Origin: Candidatus Omnitrophota bacterium
GTDB lineage: Bacteria > Omnitrophota > Gorgyraeia > JABMRG01
Direction of reading: 5' to 3'
Assembly: GCA_041650035.1 (NCBI GenBank)
Contig: JBAZLY010000002.1
Location: 15,436 to 79,435, forward strand
DNA: 64,000 bases
Both the position numbers and the translations under genes were made by a program. The notes below the pieces were generated by a model that saw nothing but the letters and a program-made list of their open reading frames with translations, was not told where the DNA came from and ran no database searches. Numbering within the stretch: position 1 is the first letter of the stretch; each line of letters opens with the position of its first letter. Shown here in pieces: positions 27,910-37,886 of this stretch.

Positions 27910-28971
27910 ATGCTAAAAATCGGAGACTATACCCTGGAATCAAAACTCATCCTGGCCCCTCTTTCAGGCTGTTCAGACCTGCCATTTAGACTCATATGCA
28001 GGGAGCATGGCTGTAAGTTTGCCTTTTACGAGATGCTTGACGCCCATGGTATAACCTATGGACATAGGCGCACATTGTCAATGCTTGAAACAGACAAAAG
28101 AGACTCCCCCATTGGTGTGCAAATCTTAGGTAATGACCCCGAGAGGGTGCTGGAAGCTGTTCAGATTATATTAAACAATTCTAATTCAAAAATAATTGAT
28201 CTTAATTGTGCCTGCCCGGCTTTAAAAGTCCTTAAGAAAAAATGCGGCGCTTATCTTCTTAAAGAACCGGAACAGGCAGGAAGGATCATTAAAAAACTCT
28301 CCTCCTGCCTCTCTACTCCTATTACAATAAAACTAAGGGCAGGCTGGGGCAGGGAACACCAGAATGAAGGACTATTACTTGCTAAAATAGCCCAGGATAA
28401 TGGCGCAAAAGCAGTGTTTTTCCATGGAAGGAGCTGTTCGCAGGGGTATTCCGGCAAGGCATCATATGAACCCATAAAACAGGCCAAAGAAGCCCTTAAA
28501 ATCCCTGTTATTGGAAGCGGTGATGTATTATCCCCCGAGCTTGCGAAGGATATGCTGGATAGAACTGGCTGTGACGGTGTTTTAATAGCAAGAGGCGCTT
28601 TTGGCGCGCCCTGGATATTTGCGCAGACAGAAAAATATTTAAAAGACGGCCTGCCTTCTTCTCTTGCTTCTTATGAAATAATAGTAAACACTGCCAAACG
28701 CCACATTCAAATCTTTAAAGACTGGAAGGATAGAAAACTTCTTTGCCATAACGAGGAGGCCTCAAATAGGCAACCAAAACAACCAACCTCCCCCGCCCCT
28801 GAAAAATACTATATCGGTCATCTGCGAAAAATAGCTATGTGGTATTCAAAAGGCCTGCCCTACTCTAAAAGAGCCCGCGAGACCATATCATTTGCCAATA
28901 GCTTTGATGAAATCATAGGTATTCTTGACAGGCTTAAGAATGATTATGATATCAAGTGGCTGAAAAGGTAA
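27910..28971 (+). CDS. dus: tRNA-dihydrouridine synthase (DusB-like)
   Basis: LAPLSGCSDLPFR, catalytic Cys region NCACP, TIM-barrel FMN motifs; C-terminal extension with Pro-rich insert. Confidence 0.8.
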   Translation: MLKIGDYTLESKLILAPLSGCSDLPFRLICREHGCKFAFYEMLDAHGITYGHRRTLSMLETDKRDSPIGVQILGNDPERVLEAVQIILNNSNSKIIDLNCACPALKVLKKKCGAYLLKEPEQAGRIIKKLSSCLSTPITIKLRAGWGREHQNEGLLLAKIAQDNGAKAVFFHGRSCSQGYSGKASYEPIKQAKEALKIPVIGSGDVLSPELAKDMLDRTGCDGVLIARGAFGAPWIFAQTEKYLKDGLPSSLASYEIIVNTAKRHIQIFKDWKDRKLLCHNEEASNRQPKQPTSPAPEKYYIGHLRKIAMWYSKGLPYSKRARETISFANSFDEIIGILDRLKNDYDIKWLKR

Positions 28972-29123
28972 AATACGCAGTCAAGGTTAATATAGGGTAC
29001 AGTGCGAAGCTCAATCTTGGGACAGTGGCCCGATTGAATTTCAAAGCGTCTGTATTAAGGTATATTAAGGTATTAAGGCATCAAACTGCTAACGGCAATC
29101 GGGCTGCCTCTTTACATCCTTGC

Positions 29124-30071
29124 CTAAACAGAGGCTTCCACTCTTTTCATGACCAGGATGCCCCGGCGCGACATCTCATTCGCGTTTTTAGAGTTCACGT
29201 CGGCAAGCATATGCCGCAGGAGAAATGCCTTGATGCCTAAACCTTCTTTGGCGGACATCTGCGTTAAACCCGCCATACCCTCAACTATATCATCCTCTCT
29301 ATCGAAATTATTGAATATGTAAAGTGTTAACAACATGCTGATGCCGCCTGGCGAATCCCTGCCGAATTCAACAATGTTATTAAGTTCGAATTCATTGCGC
29401 GTGTTTACAAACATCCTGGCAAAGCGGTCGAGCCTTTCCCCGTCGCATATTATACTGCATAGGACATTAAACATAAATTCTTCTTTTGAATCACTTGCGA
29501 ATAGATTAAAAGACAGATTAAGCTGTCGGGCTACGTATCTGCCGTATCCAGCGTTGTCAAATAATATGCCATCGTCCTTCCGGACAGAGGCAAGCTTACG
29601 TTTGAGGCTGTTTCTTTCAAGCCCATTCAGCTTTTTATAAGGACTATACATGAACGAATACCCTGCGCCATTCAAAGACTTAGAGAGTATGCCCAGTTGT
29701 TCCAATAATCTAAGCGATGTCCTGATATCTTTTATTGTGTATTGCGGCTCTCGCTCGCCGGTATACCAGAATTGCCGGATATCCCGAAGCGTTATGCCGT
29801 CTTTTCTACCATAAAAACGCTCTTCCAATATCCCTAATACCTTTAATAACGGTCTCCGTATCGTAGCGGCATCTGAAGAAGCGGATTCTGCAGGCCAGGT
29901 TGTTACAGCGGTCAAACCCCTGACATCATGCGATAACCCGGCAGATACCGGCCTTAACAATCTGTCATGACCCCAGACACAGGCAGGGTTAATAACGCGC
30001 CGCGCATCCTCTTGCGCGAGGATGGGGCGAAAACATGTTAATAATATATAAAAATATATTATGATCATCAA
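29124..30071 (-). CDS. hypothetical secreted protein (315 aa)
   Basis: N-terminal signal-like segment; no family recognised. Confidence 0.5.
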   Translation of the reverse strand: MMIIIYFYILLTCFRPILAQEDARRVINPACVWGHDRLLRPVSAGLSHDVRGLTAVTTWPAESASSDAATIRRPLLKVLGILEERFYGRKDGITLRDIRQFWYTGEREPQYTIKDIRTSLRLLEQLGILSKSLNGAGYSFMYSPYKKLNGLERNSLKRKLASVRKDDGILFDNAGYGRYVARQLNLSFNLFASDSKEEFMFNVLCSIICDGERLDRFARMFVNTRNEFELNNIVEFGRDSPGGISMLLTLYIFNNFDREDDIVEGMAGLTQMSAKEGLGIKAFLLRHMLADVNSKNANEMSRRGILVMKRVEASV

Positions 30072-30185
30072 ACGTAACCAGTAAACAAGAAATTTTTTTG
30101 CCGGGTTATTTTTCCCTGCCGCTATTATCTCCTATTAAGGATAGCAGGTATAGCTTGAGGGATTTGAGACAAGGCGGTAAAAATG

Positions 30186-32021
30186 TTAATCCGCCTGTGC
30201 CGCGCGGCCGGCTCTTTTGCGGGCGGTTTCAGCAAGATAAAGCTTTCTGATCCTTATAGACTTTGGGGTAATCTCAACTAATTCATCATCCTCGATAAAC
30301 TCAAGGGCAAATTCAAGGGTCATCTGCCTTGGCGGGGTAAGCGCTATAGCCTCATCGCTTCCCGAAGCACGCATATTGGTTAGTTTTTTACCACGCAACG
30401 CATTTACAACCAAATCAACGCCTTTATTGTTGACGCCTACAATCATGCCTTCATAAATCTTGTCTCCCGGGCGTATAAATATCTCGCCACGGTCCTGAAG
30501 ATTAAAAAGGGCGTAAGCTACGGCATTACCTGCCGCCTGGGAAATAAGAACGCCGCTTTGACGCAACGGCAATTCTCCTTTATAGGGCTGATATTCAAAA
30601 AAGTTCTGATACATCACGCCATTGCCGCGTGTCATCATCAAAAAATCACCTCTAAAACCAATCAAGGCCCTTGAGGCTATAAGAAACTCCATACGGCATG
30701 TACCCGCTGACGTTATCTTTATATCCCGTGTCTGCGCTTTGCGGGAGCCGAGGGCCTGCATAACAGCCCCTTGATACTCGCTTTCAACTTCTATGACTAC
30801 CTCCTCCACAGGTTCAAACGGCCGGCTGTCAATCTTTTTTAAAATCACCTGCGGCCTTGATACCTCCATCTCATAGCCTTCGCGGCGCATTGTCTCAATA
30901 AGTATGGCGAGATGAAGCTCTCCCCTGCCGGAGACCTTAAGCCTTTCCGTTCCGGCCACATCTTCTACCTTTATACCAACATTTATCATTGCCTCATGCA
31001 TAAGGCGTTCGCGTATATGCCTTGAGGTCAAAAATCTGCCTCCGTCCGACCCTGCAAGCGGGCTTGTATTATGAGAAAAATTCATGGATATCGTCGGCTC
31101 ATCTATTTTAATTACCGGCAGTCCTTGCGGATTATCCGCGCATGCCAGAGTCTCTCCTACTTCAGCATTTTCAACACCGGATATCAATATAATGTCGCCT
31201 GCTGCAGCCTCTTCCGCCTCAACCCGCGCCAGGCCGCGGTATTTCATGATCCGGGTCACTTTGCCCTTCTCAATAGACCCGTCACGTTTGACAAGTGCTA
31301 TGGTATCATTAATACGGACAGCTCCGCAGAATATCCTGCCTATGGCAATACGCCCTATATAAGAATCATAATCAAGCATTGTGATCAGCATCTGAAAAGG
31401 CAGGTCAGGGTCTGCAATAGGGGGTAATACCCTGTGCAATATTGCCTCTAAAAGAGGCCTCATTGAATCCCTCGGGTCATCAAGGTCAAGCATGGCATAG
31501 CCATCCTTACCGGAGGCATAGATTATGGGAAAATCAAGTTGTTCATCGGTTGCATTTAGCTCGCAGAAAAGATCAAATACCATGTCCGCCACCTCGTCAG
31601 GGCGAACATGCGGGCGGTCAAGTTTGTTTATTACAAGTATGGGTTTTAGATGCAGTTCAAGGGATTTTTTAAGGACAAATTTGGTCTGGGGCATAGGGCC
31701 TTCAAAGGCATCAACGAGCAGGAGTACACCGTCAACCATTTTCAATATACGCTCGACCTCGCTTCCGAAATCAGCGTGGCCGGGCGTATCCACAAGATTG
31801 AATTGAACCCCTTTATACTGCAAAGAGGCGTTCTTGGAGAGGATAGTGATCCCTCTTTCTTTTTCAAGCGGGTTGGAGTCCATTATGGCGGACTCGCCTT
31901 CCTTAAATTTATGAGCGCCCGAATACCTTAATAAGGCGTCAATCAAGGTAGTCTTGCCATGGTCAACATGGGCTATTATAGCAAGATTTCTTATGTCTTT
32001 TCTTCTCTTTTGATGCGGCAT
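30186..32021 (-). CDS. typA: translational GTPase TypA/BipA
   Basis: G1 AHVDHGKTT, G3 DTPGH, G4 NKLD; EF-G-like domain order. Confidence 0.9.
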   Translation of the reverse strand: MPHQKRRKDIRNLAIIAHVDHGKTTLIDALLRYSGAHKFKEGESAIMDSNPLEKERGITILSKNASLQYKGVQFNLVDTPGHADFGSEVERILKMVDGVLLLVDAFEGPMPQTKFVLKKSLELHLKPILVINKLDRPHVRPDEVADMVFDLFCELNATDEQLDFPIIYASGKDGYAMLDLDDPRDSMRPLLEAILHRVLPPIADPDLPFQMLITMLDYDSYIGRIAIGRIFCGAVRINDTIALVKRDGSIEKGKVTRIMKYRGLARVEAEEAAAGDIILISGVENAEVGETLACADNPQGLPVIKIDEPTISMNFSHNTSPLAGSDGGRFLTSRHIRERLMHEAMINVGIKVEDVAGTERLKVSGRGELHLAILIETMRREGYEMEVSRPQVILKKIDSRPFEPVEEVVIEVESEYQGAVMQALGSRKAQTRDIKITSAGTCRMEFLIASRALIGFRGDFLMMTRGNGVMYQNFFEYQPYKGELPLRQSGVLISQAAGNAVAYALFNLQDRGEIFIRPGDKIYEGMIVGVNNKGVDLVVNALRGKKLTNMRASGSDEAIALTPPRQMTLEFALEFIEDDELVEITPKSIRIRKLYLAETARKRAGRAAQAD

Positions 32022-32098
32022 ATTTTTCCCACAAATAAAAAACGCGTGTTTATCGCGCCTTTGATAAGATACGTATTTCTTACTCTATGAATTGCCAT

Positions 32099-32126
32099 AT
32101 TTTAACAAAATAGCATTATTTGTCAA
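32099..32126 (-). promoter_or_regulatory. sigma70 promoter TTGACA-16-TAAAAT upstream of typA
   Basis: Minus strand TTGACAaataatgctattttgtTAAAAT, about 75 nt before the typA ATG. Confidence 0.4.
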
Positions 32127-32367
32127 GCAAAGAACGCATGCCTGCCAGGCCCGGCCCAAAGATACCCACTCTTATATAAGACCTGACACATTTTGGGCTA
32201 TCTCTGCCCCAGGGCCCGGTAACAGGACATAAAAACCACAGAGAGGCAAATATAAACTCTGCCTGTTAATGGCCGAAAGCAATTTTTTCCTGACTGGTTT
32301 TAGGAATACCCCCCGGCAATTGGCTTAAAACATCTCCGGGTTTCACCTTAGGGGTTTAGGCAGGGGG

Positions 32368-32670
32368 TTAAAATTTGTCAAGGGGACAGGATTCCTCAAC
32401 CTCCCATCGCCTGTCAAATTCATTGTATCTTAAAGTGACCCGTTCCTTGACATATTCGTGAGATATATCAACATGCGCGGACACGCGGCCTATCATGGCA
32501 TCGGTTATGGTCAATCCCTCTATATCGTATCCATATTTACGCGAGACATATTCCTTCGCGGCCTGTTCGGGCATATCTATCCCCATATCTGTCTCCTCCG
32601 CCATAATCACACCCTGGCAGGAGAAGAAAAGAAAAACAGTCAGCAAGACAAAGAATATGAATTTCATCAT
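32368..32670 (-). CDS. small secreted hypothetical protein (about 100 aa)
   Basis: Start MMKFIFF preceded by AAGGGGAG RBS; signal peptide; no family. Confidence 0.45.
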   Translation of the reverse strand: MMKFIFFVLLTVFLFFSCQGVIMAEETDMGIDMPEQAAKEYVSRKYGYDIEGLTITDAMIGRVSAHVDISHEYVKERVTLRYNEFDRRWEVEESCPLDKF

Positions 32671-32689
32671 CCCCCATACTCCCCTTTTT

Positions 32690-34210
32690 TTAGGACACAA
32701 ACATGCTGTTTGTTGAGAAATTCGGTTCAGTGGTTAGGTTTATGCCCAATCTGCGAAGCCCTGTCTCATCACCAGTAGTCGGTATATGCGTAATATGCAT
32801 CTCACAGCCGGAAAGATCTTTAAGATGCTTCATGCATATCTTTGATGTCGGATTAGTCGCGGCACTGATACTAAGCGCTATTAAGGCCTCTTCAAGGTCA
32901 AGGCTTGCCGTTTTTTCGTCAGATATGTCTTTTTTTAGCTTGGCAATAGACCTGATTACGCTTGGGGACAATAGGTGCACACCGTCAGGTATACCGGCCA
33001 ACACCTTTATCGTGTTCAATATAAGGCTTGATGTGGCATGCATAAGGGTTGAATTCTTGCCCGTAACGATAGCCCTGTTTTTGAGCTCTATGGCAGCCCC
33101 GCAATAAATACCCTCATTTCCTTTCCCAGACCTCTCCGCCTCTTTTGCCGATTTCTGGGCGGCCGACACAACGCGCCTATCAGATATTTTTATCTTAAGC
33201 TTCTTCATAATAGCCTCAACACGTTCTACCGCGTCTTTTTCTACAAGGCCGAGTATATATTCGCACGAATACCTGAAATAACGCCTTATTATCTCCTGCC
33301 TTGCCGCGCGTTCGACAATCTTATCGTCAATGATACCGAATCCCGCGCGGTTAACGCCCATATCGGTGGGCGATTTATACATCGCTTCGGCACCCGTTAT
33401 CTTCTCAAGTATCCTTTTAAGCACGGGGAATATCTCGATGTCCCGGTTATAATTAATAACGCTTTGGCCATAATGTTTGAGATGGAACGGATCTATCTGG
33501 TTAAAGTCCCCTATATCAGCCGTCGCGGATTCATAAGCGACATTAACAGGGTGCTCAATAGGCAGATTCCATATGGGAAATGTCTCAAACTTCGCGTAAC
33601 CGCTCTTCTTGCCTTTTCTGTAATCATGATAAAGCTGGCTTAGGCATGTGGCAAGTTTACCGCTGCCCGGGCCGGGCGCCGTAACAATAACAATCGGGTT
33701 TTTTGTCTCTATATACCTGTTGGCGCCGTAACCTTCATCGCTTACGATAGTATCCACATCCTTTGGATATCCTTTTATGGCGCGGTGGGTATACACCCTT
33801 ACCCCTCTTCTTTCAAGCTTGTTCTTAAAGATCTTGACGGCAGGCTGATCGTTAAAACGGGTAATCACGACAGCCAGTATACTAATACCCCAGCCTTTCA
33901 GATCATCTATCACTTTAAGTATATCGCTGTCATAGGTAATACCGAAATCCGCCCTTACCTTTCTTCTCTCTATATCGCCCGAATGTATGCAGAGTATAAT
34001 ATCCGCTTTACCTTTAAGCTTATGCAAAAGCCGCATCTTCGCGTTAGGGTCAAAACCGGGCAGGACCCTTGAGGCGTGATAATCAAACAGGAGCTTTCCC
34101 CCAAATTCCAAATATAGTTTGCCATTAAACCTCTCCACGCGCTCCAATATGGCATCTGTCTGTTCACGCAGATACCTTTCATTATCAAAACCAATCCCGC
34201 GCAATGCCAT
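32690..34210 (-). CDS. DUF1846/UPF0371-family protein
   Basis: N-terminus IGFDNERYL...KLYLEFGGKL..D.HASRVLPGF as I recall for UPF0371; P-loop-like TAPGPGSGKLAT; start 1 nt after purF stop. Confidence 0.6.
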   Translation of the reverse strand: MALRGIGFDNERYLREQTDAILERVERFNGKLYLEFGGKLLFDYHASRVLPGFDPNAKMRLLHKLKGKADIILCIHSGDIERRKVRADFGITYDSDILKVIDDLKGWGISILAVVITRFNDQPAVKIFKNKLERRGVRVYTHRAIKGYPKDVDTIVSDEGYGANRYIETKNPIVIVTAPGPGSGKLATCLSQLYHDYRKGKKSGYAKFETFPIWNLPIEHPVNVAYESATADIGDFNQIDPFHLKHYGQSVINYNRDIEIFPVLKRILEKITGAEAMYKSPTDMGVNRAGFGIIDDKIVERAARQEIIRRYFRYSCEYILGLVEKDAVERVEAIMKKLKIKISDRRVVSAAQKSAKEAERSGKGNEGIYCGAAIELKNRAIVTGKNSTLMHATSSLILNTIKVLAGIPDGVHLLSPSVIRSIAKLKKDISDEKTASLDLEEALIALSISAATNPTSKICMKHLKDLSGCEMHITHIPTTGDETGLRRLGINLTTEPNFSTNSMFVS

Positions 34211-34211
34211 A

Positions 34212-35594
34212 CTATCTGCCTTTCTCTAATATATTTTTTGTAAATTTTTTCGGTATTTGTGTCGGGTAATCCCGGTTGAAACAGGCCTTGCAAAAATTAT
34301 CACCCGCAAGGGGCATAGCCTTTAGCATACCCTCGAGGCTAAGGTAGTTCAGGCTGTCAAGGCCTATGAAATCCCTTATCTTATCAACCGTGCGGTTAGA
34401 GGCTATAAGCTCTCTCCTGGTCGGAAAATCTATCCCATAATAGCAAGGTGATATCACGGGTGGACAGCTTATCCGCATATGGACCTCTTTGGCCCCTGCC
34501 TGCCGCAGGCTTTTAACGCGGCTGCGGCTTGTGGTCCCGCGCACTATTGAATCTTCAACTATCACGACCCGTTTCCCCTTAAGCAATTCACTGATCGGAT
34601 TAAGCTTTATCCGTACCCTGAAATCCCTAATCTGTTGTACCGGCTGAATAAAAGTCCTGCCGACATAATGGTTCCTTATCATACCCATCTCAAACGGCAG
34701 ACCTGATTCTACTGCAAAACCCAAAGCCGCGTAATTGCCTGAATCGGGAAACGGCATGACCATATCGGCATCAACCGGCGCCTCTTTCGCCAACTCCGCC
34801 CCAAGACGCTTTCTTGTAAGATACACATTCTTGGTAAAAATATCGCTGTCAGGCCTGGCAAAATATATAAACTCAAAGATACAGTGGGCCCGGGATGCGC
34901 AATCATTGAATACCACGCTTGAAGGCTGGCGTCCATCAATAAAAACAATCTCGCCGGGATTAATATCGCGTATATATTTAGCGCCTATGATATCAAAGGC
35001 GCATGTCTCGCTTGACAGCACATAAGAATTACCAATACTGCCCAGACTTAACGGCCTCATACCTAAGCGGTCGCGCGCGCCTATCAACATCCCATCAACC
35101 AACATTATAACAGAAAAAGCCCCTTCAAACCTGGAAAAAACCTCGGGCAGGCTTTCTTTTAAGGGCTTGCGGCGCAGACGGGCAAGCATATGGATTATGA
35201 GTTCCGAATCCATGGTTGTCCCAAAAACAGAACCACCCTGCTCCATTTCCTCGCGCAGAGAATACGCGTTGGTAAAATTCCCATTATGCGCTACCGCGAT
35301 ATGGCCCTTGCCGTGTCTTGCCAAAAACGGCTGAATATTACTAGCGCTGCTGGAACCCGTAGTGGAATACCGCACATGGCCTAATGCCAAGGTGCCTTTT
35401 AATTTTTGTATGGAATCCCCGTCAAAGACATCACTGACAAGCCCCATACCCTGGCGCTGTATTATCCTGTTTTTACTATAAGATAGTATGCCGGCGCTTT
35501 CTTCGCCTCTGTGCTGCAAGGCATACAACCCCAGATATGTCAATAATGATGCGTCTTTGTTTCCGTATACACCAAATACACCACACATAGTCAT
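34212..35594 (-). CDS. purF: amidophosphoribosyltransferase
   Basis: N-terminal MCGV nucleophile, Ntn-GATase plus PRTase (VEDSIVRGTT) domains. Confidence 0.9.
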   Translation of the reverse strand: MTMCGVFGVYGNKDASLLTYLGLYALQHRGEESAGILSYSKNRIIQRQGMGLVSDVFDGDSIQKLKGTLALGHVRYSTTGSSSASNIQPFLARHGKGHIAVAHNGNFTNAYSLREEMEQGGSVFGTTMDSELIIHMLARLRRKPLKESLPEVFSRFEGAFSVIMLVDGMLIGARDRLGMRPLSLGSIGNSYVLSSETCAFDIIGAKYIRDINPGEIVFIDGRQPSSVVFNDCASRAHCIFEFIYFARPDSDIFTKNVYLTRKRLGAELAKEAPVDADMVMPFPDSGNYAALGFAVESGLPFEMGMIRNHYVGRTFIQPVQQIRDFRVRIKLNPISELLKGKRVVIVEDSIVRGTTSRSRVKSLRQAGAKEVHMRISCPPVISPCYYGIDFPTRRELIASNRTVDKIRDFIGLDSLNYLSLEGMLKAMPLAGDNFCKACFNRDYPTQIPKKFTKNILEKGR

Positions 35595-37823
35595 TTATTC
35601 CAGTCTTGACTTAATAGCATTGCGCCATATTTGGCTAAGTTCGGAAAGCCCTGCATTAATAACTGACCTGCCGCCAACCCTGATGTCCAAAGCATCCGAA
35701 CCGACAACGCCTATTACACTACACCGTGTCTTGTTTTTAGCGGCAATGGCCTGAAGCTTGCCAAGCGCGGCCTTATCCAGACTGACTATTATCCTGGAAG
35801 GGGCCTCGCCGAACAAAAGCTCATCTGTCCTCATACCGCCCTTTTCCAGGTTAACGCAAGCGCCTAACATCCGGGATGGATCGGAGATAGCGGATTCTGT
35901 CAGCGCGACAGCAAGCCCGCCTTCCGAGAGATCATGCGCCGAACGAATTATGCCCGCGTCAATGGCGGAAAGCACTGTTTCATGAAGGCGTTTTTCAGCC
36001 TCTATGTCAATGCTGGGATTGCCTTTCTTCATATCGTGAATAAGATACAGATATTCGCTTCCCGAAAGGTCGCCCCTGCTTTCTCCTAAGAGAACTATCA
36101 CATCCTGCTGTGTTTTGAAATTTTGCGTTACGTATTTGCCCGCGTCCTCTATCAAACCAACCATACCGACCATCGGACTTGGGTCAATAGCGCCTTTCGG
36201 ATTCTCATTGTAAAAACTGACATTACCGCTTACCACTGGCGTGTTCAACACCGCGCAGGCGCGGGAAAGTCCATCTATGCATTTTTCAAACTGCCAGTAA
36301 TTTTCAGGCTTCATGGGGTTTCCAAAGTTGAGCCCGTCGGTTATTGCCAATGGCCTCGCGCCCGCGCATACCACATTCCTGGCGGCCTCCGCCACATTCA
36401 TCATAGCCCCTTGATAGGGGTTAAGGTAACAAAACCTACCGTTACAATCAACGCTTAAGGCAAGGGCCTTTTTAGTCCCCTTGACTCTTATTATAGCCGC
36501 GTCGGATCCGGCATTGAGGATAACATCATCTTTATCAACATAGGCAAACTTGGAATACGCCGATTCCTTGCTGGCAATAGTCGGTGAATCCAACAATTTC
36601 AATAAAACCTTGTTCATGTCTTTCGGTTCGGATACCTTAGACAGATCAAGTTTCTGCGCGGGTTTTAAGTACTTTGGCTGTCTGGAAGGTCTGTCATATA
36701 AGGGGGCCTTTTGGGTGAGCGCGCTTATAGGCACCTGGCAGACTACAACACCCTTTTCTTTAACGCGCATGGTCTTTTCTTTTATAACCTTGCCTATCGC
36801 AACCGCATTGATGCCCCATTTTTTAAGAACAGACATAGCCTTTTTCTCACTGCCGTGATTAAGTATAGCAAGCATCCTTTCCTGTGATTCCGACAAGAGT
36901 ATCTCATAGGCTGTCATGTTCTTTTCACGCTGGGGCACAAGGGCGACATCTATCTCGATCCCGGTCCCGCTTCTTGAGGCTGTTTCACACGAGGAACATG
37001 TAAGCCCGGCGGCACCCATATCCTGCATGCCTGCAACAAGGCCCTTCTCAATAAGCTCAAGACAGGCATGCCTTAAACGCTTTCCGAGCTCGGGATCACC
37101 GATGGCTACCCTGCCCGTGTCAGAGGCGGAATCATCCGTTATCTCCTGCGAGGCGAAACTCGCTCCTCCGACACCATCTCTTCCGGTATCGCCTCCGATA
37201 TAATATACGGGATTTCCTACCCCGCAAGCGGCGCCGCGCATTATATTCTTATGCTTAACGACACCCACGCAAAACGCGTTGACCAGGGGATTGCCTTCAT
37301 AACATTTATCAAAATAAGTGTCCCCGCCTACAGCGCTTACCTCCGATTTACTGGCATAATGGACAAGGCCCCTGACGACCTCTTTAAAGAGATATTTTAC
37401 TTTTTTAGTATCAAGGCTGCCGAATCTTACGGCGCCTAATACCGCGACAGGCCTGGCACCGGTAGTAAAGATGTCTCTAAGGCATCCCCCTATACCCGTC
37501 GCCGATGCCTCAAAGGGCTCAACCGCCGACGGATGGTTATGGGACTCCATCTTAAACGAGACGCCATATCCATCGCCGATATCAACGATGCCTGAATTTT
37601 CCTCTCCGGCGCCAATCAATACCTGCTTTGATCTTTTAGGAAATTTCTTGAATTGTTTTCTTGAATTTTTATAGCTGCAATGCTCCGACCACATTGCCGA
37701 AAAAACGCCCAGCTCGGTAACATTCGGCGTTCTCCCCATTATTTTTTTTATATTAGTAAATTCCTGCCTGCTCAAACCCATCTCCTTTACCAATGCCAAG
37801 TTCACCTTGACCTCTTTTTTCAT
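35595..37823 (-). CDS. purL: phosphoribosylformylglycinamidine synthase subunit PurL (small form)
   Basis: 742 aa, duplicated PurM-like domains, no fused glutaminase; stop abuts purF start. Confidence 0.9.
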   Translation of the reverse strand: MKKEVKVNLALVKEMGLSRQEFTNIKKIMGRTPNVTELGVFSAMWSEHCSYKNSRKQFKKFPKRSKQVLIGAGEENSGIVDIGDGYGVSFKMESHNHPSAVEPFEASATGIGGCLRDIFTTGARPVAVLGAVRFGSLDTKKVKYLFKEVVRGLVHYASKSEVSAVGGDTYFDKCYEGNPLVNAFCVGVVKHKNIMRGAACGVGNPVYYIGGDTGRDGVGGASFASQEITDDSASDTGRVAIGDPELGKRLRHACLELIEKGLVAGMQDMGAAGLTCSSCETASRSGTGIEIDVALVPQREKNMTAYEILLSESQERMLAILNHGSEKKAMSVLKKWGINAVAIGKVIKEKTMRVKEKGVVVCQVPISALTQKAPLYDRPSRQPKYLKPAQKLDLSKVSEPKDMNKVLLKLLDSPTIASKESAYSKFAYVDKDDVILNAGSDAAIIRVKGTKKALALSVDCNGRFCYLNPYQGAMMNVAEAARNVVCAGARPLAITDGLNFGNPMKPENYWQFEKCIDGLSRACAVLNTPVVSGNVSFYNENPKGAIDPSPMVGMVGLIEDAGKYVTQNFKTQQDVIVLLGESRGDLSGSEYLYLIHDMKKGNPSIDIEAEKRLHETVLSAIDAGIIRSAHDLSEGGLAVALTESAISDPSRMLGACVNLEKGGMRTDELLFGEAPSRIIVSLDKAALGKLQAIAAKNKTRCSVIGVVGSDALDIRVGGRSVINAGLSELSQIWRNAIKSRLE

Positions 37824-37886
37824 TTTGTTCTCCTGTATGTTTATCTTTATTCGCTGCTTACCTTATGCCCTGATATTACCAAAAAA

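Noticed and set aside
29050-29085. Short tandem repeat gtattaagg x3 in the dus/hypothetical convergent spacer
   Set aside because: Only about three imperfect 8-10-nt units, with no spacers of CRISPR length and no cas genes. Probably a simple low-complexity or terminator region.
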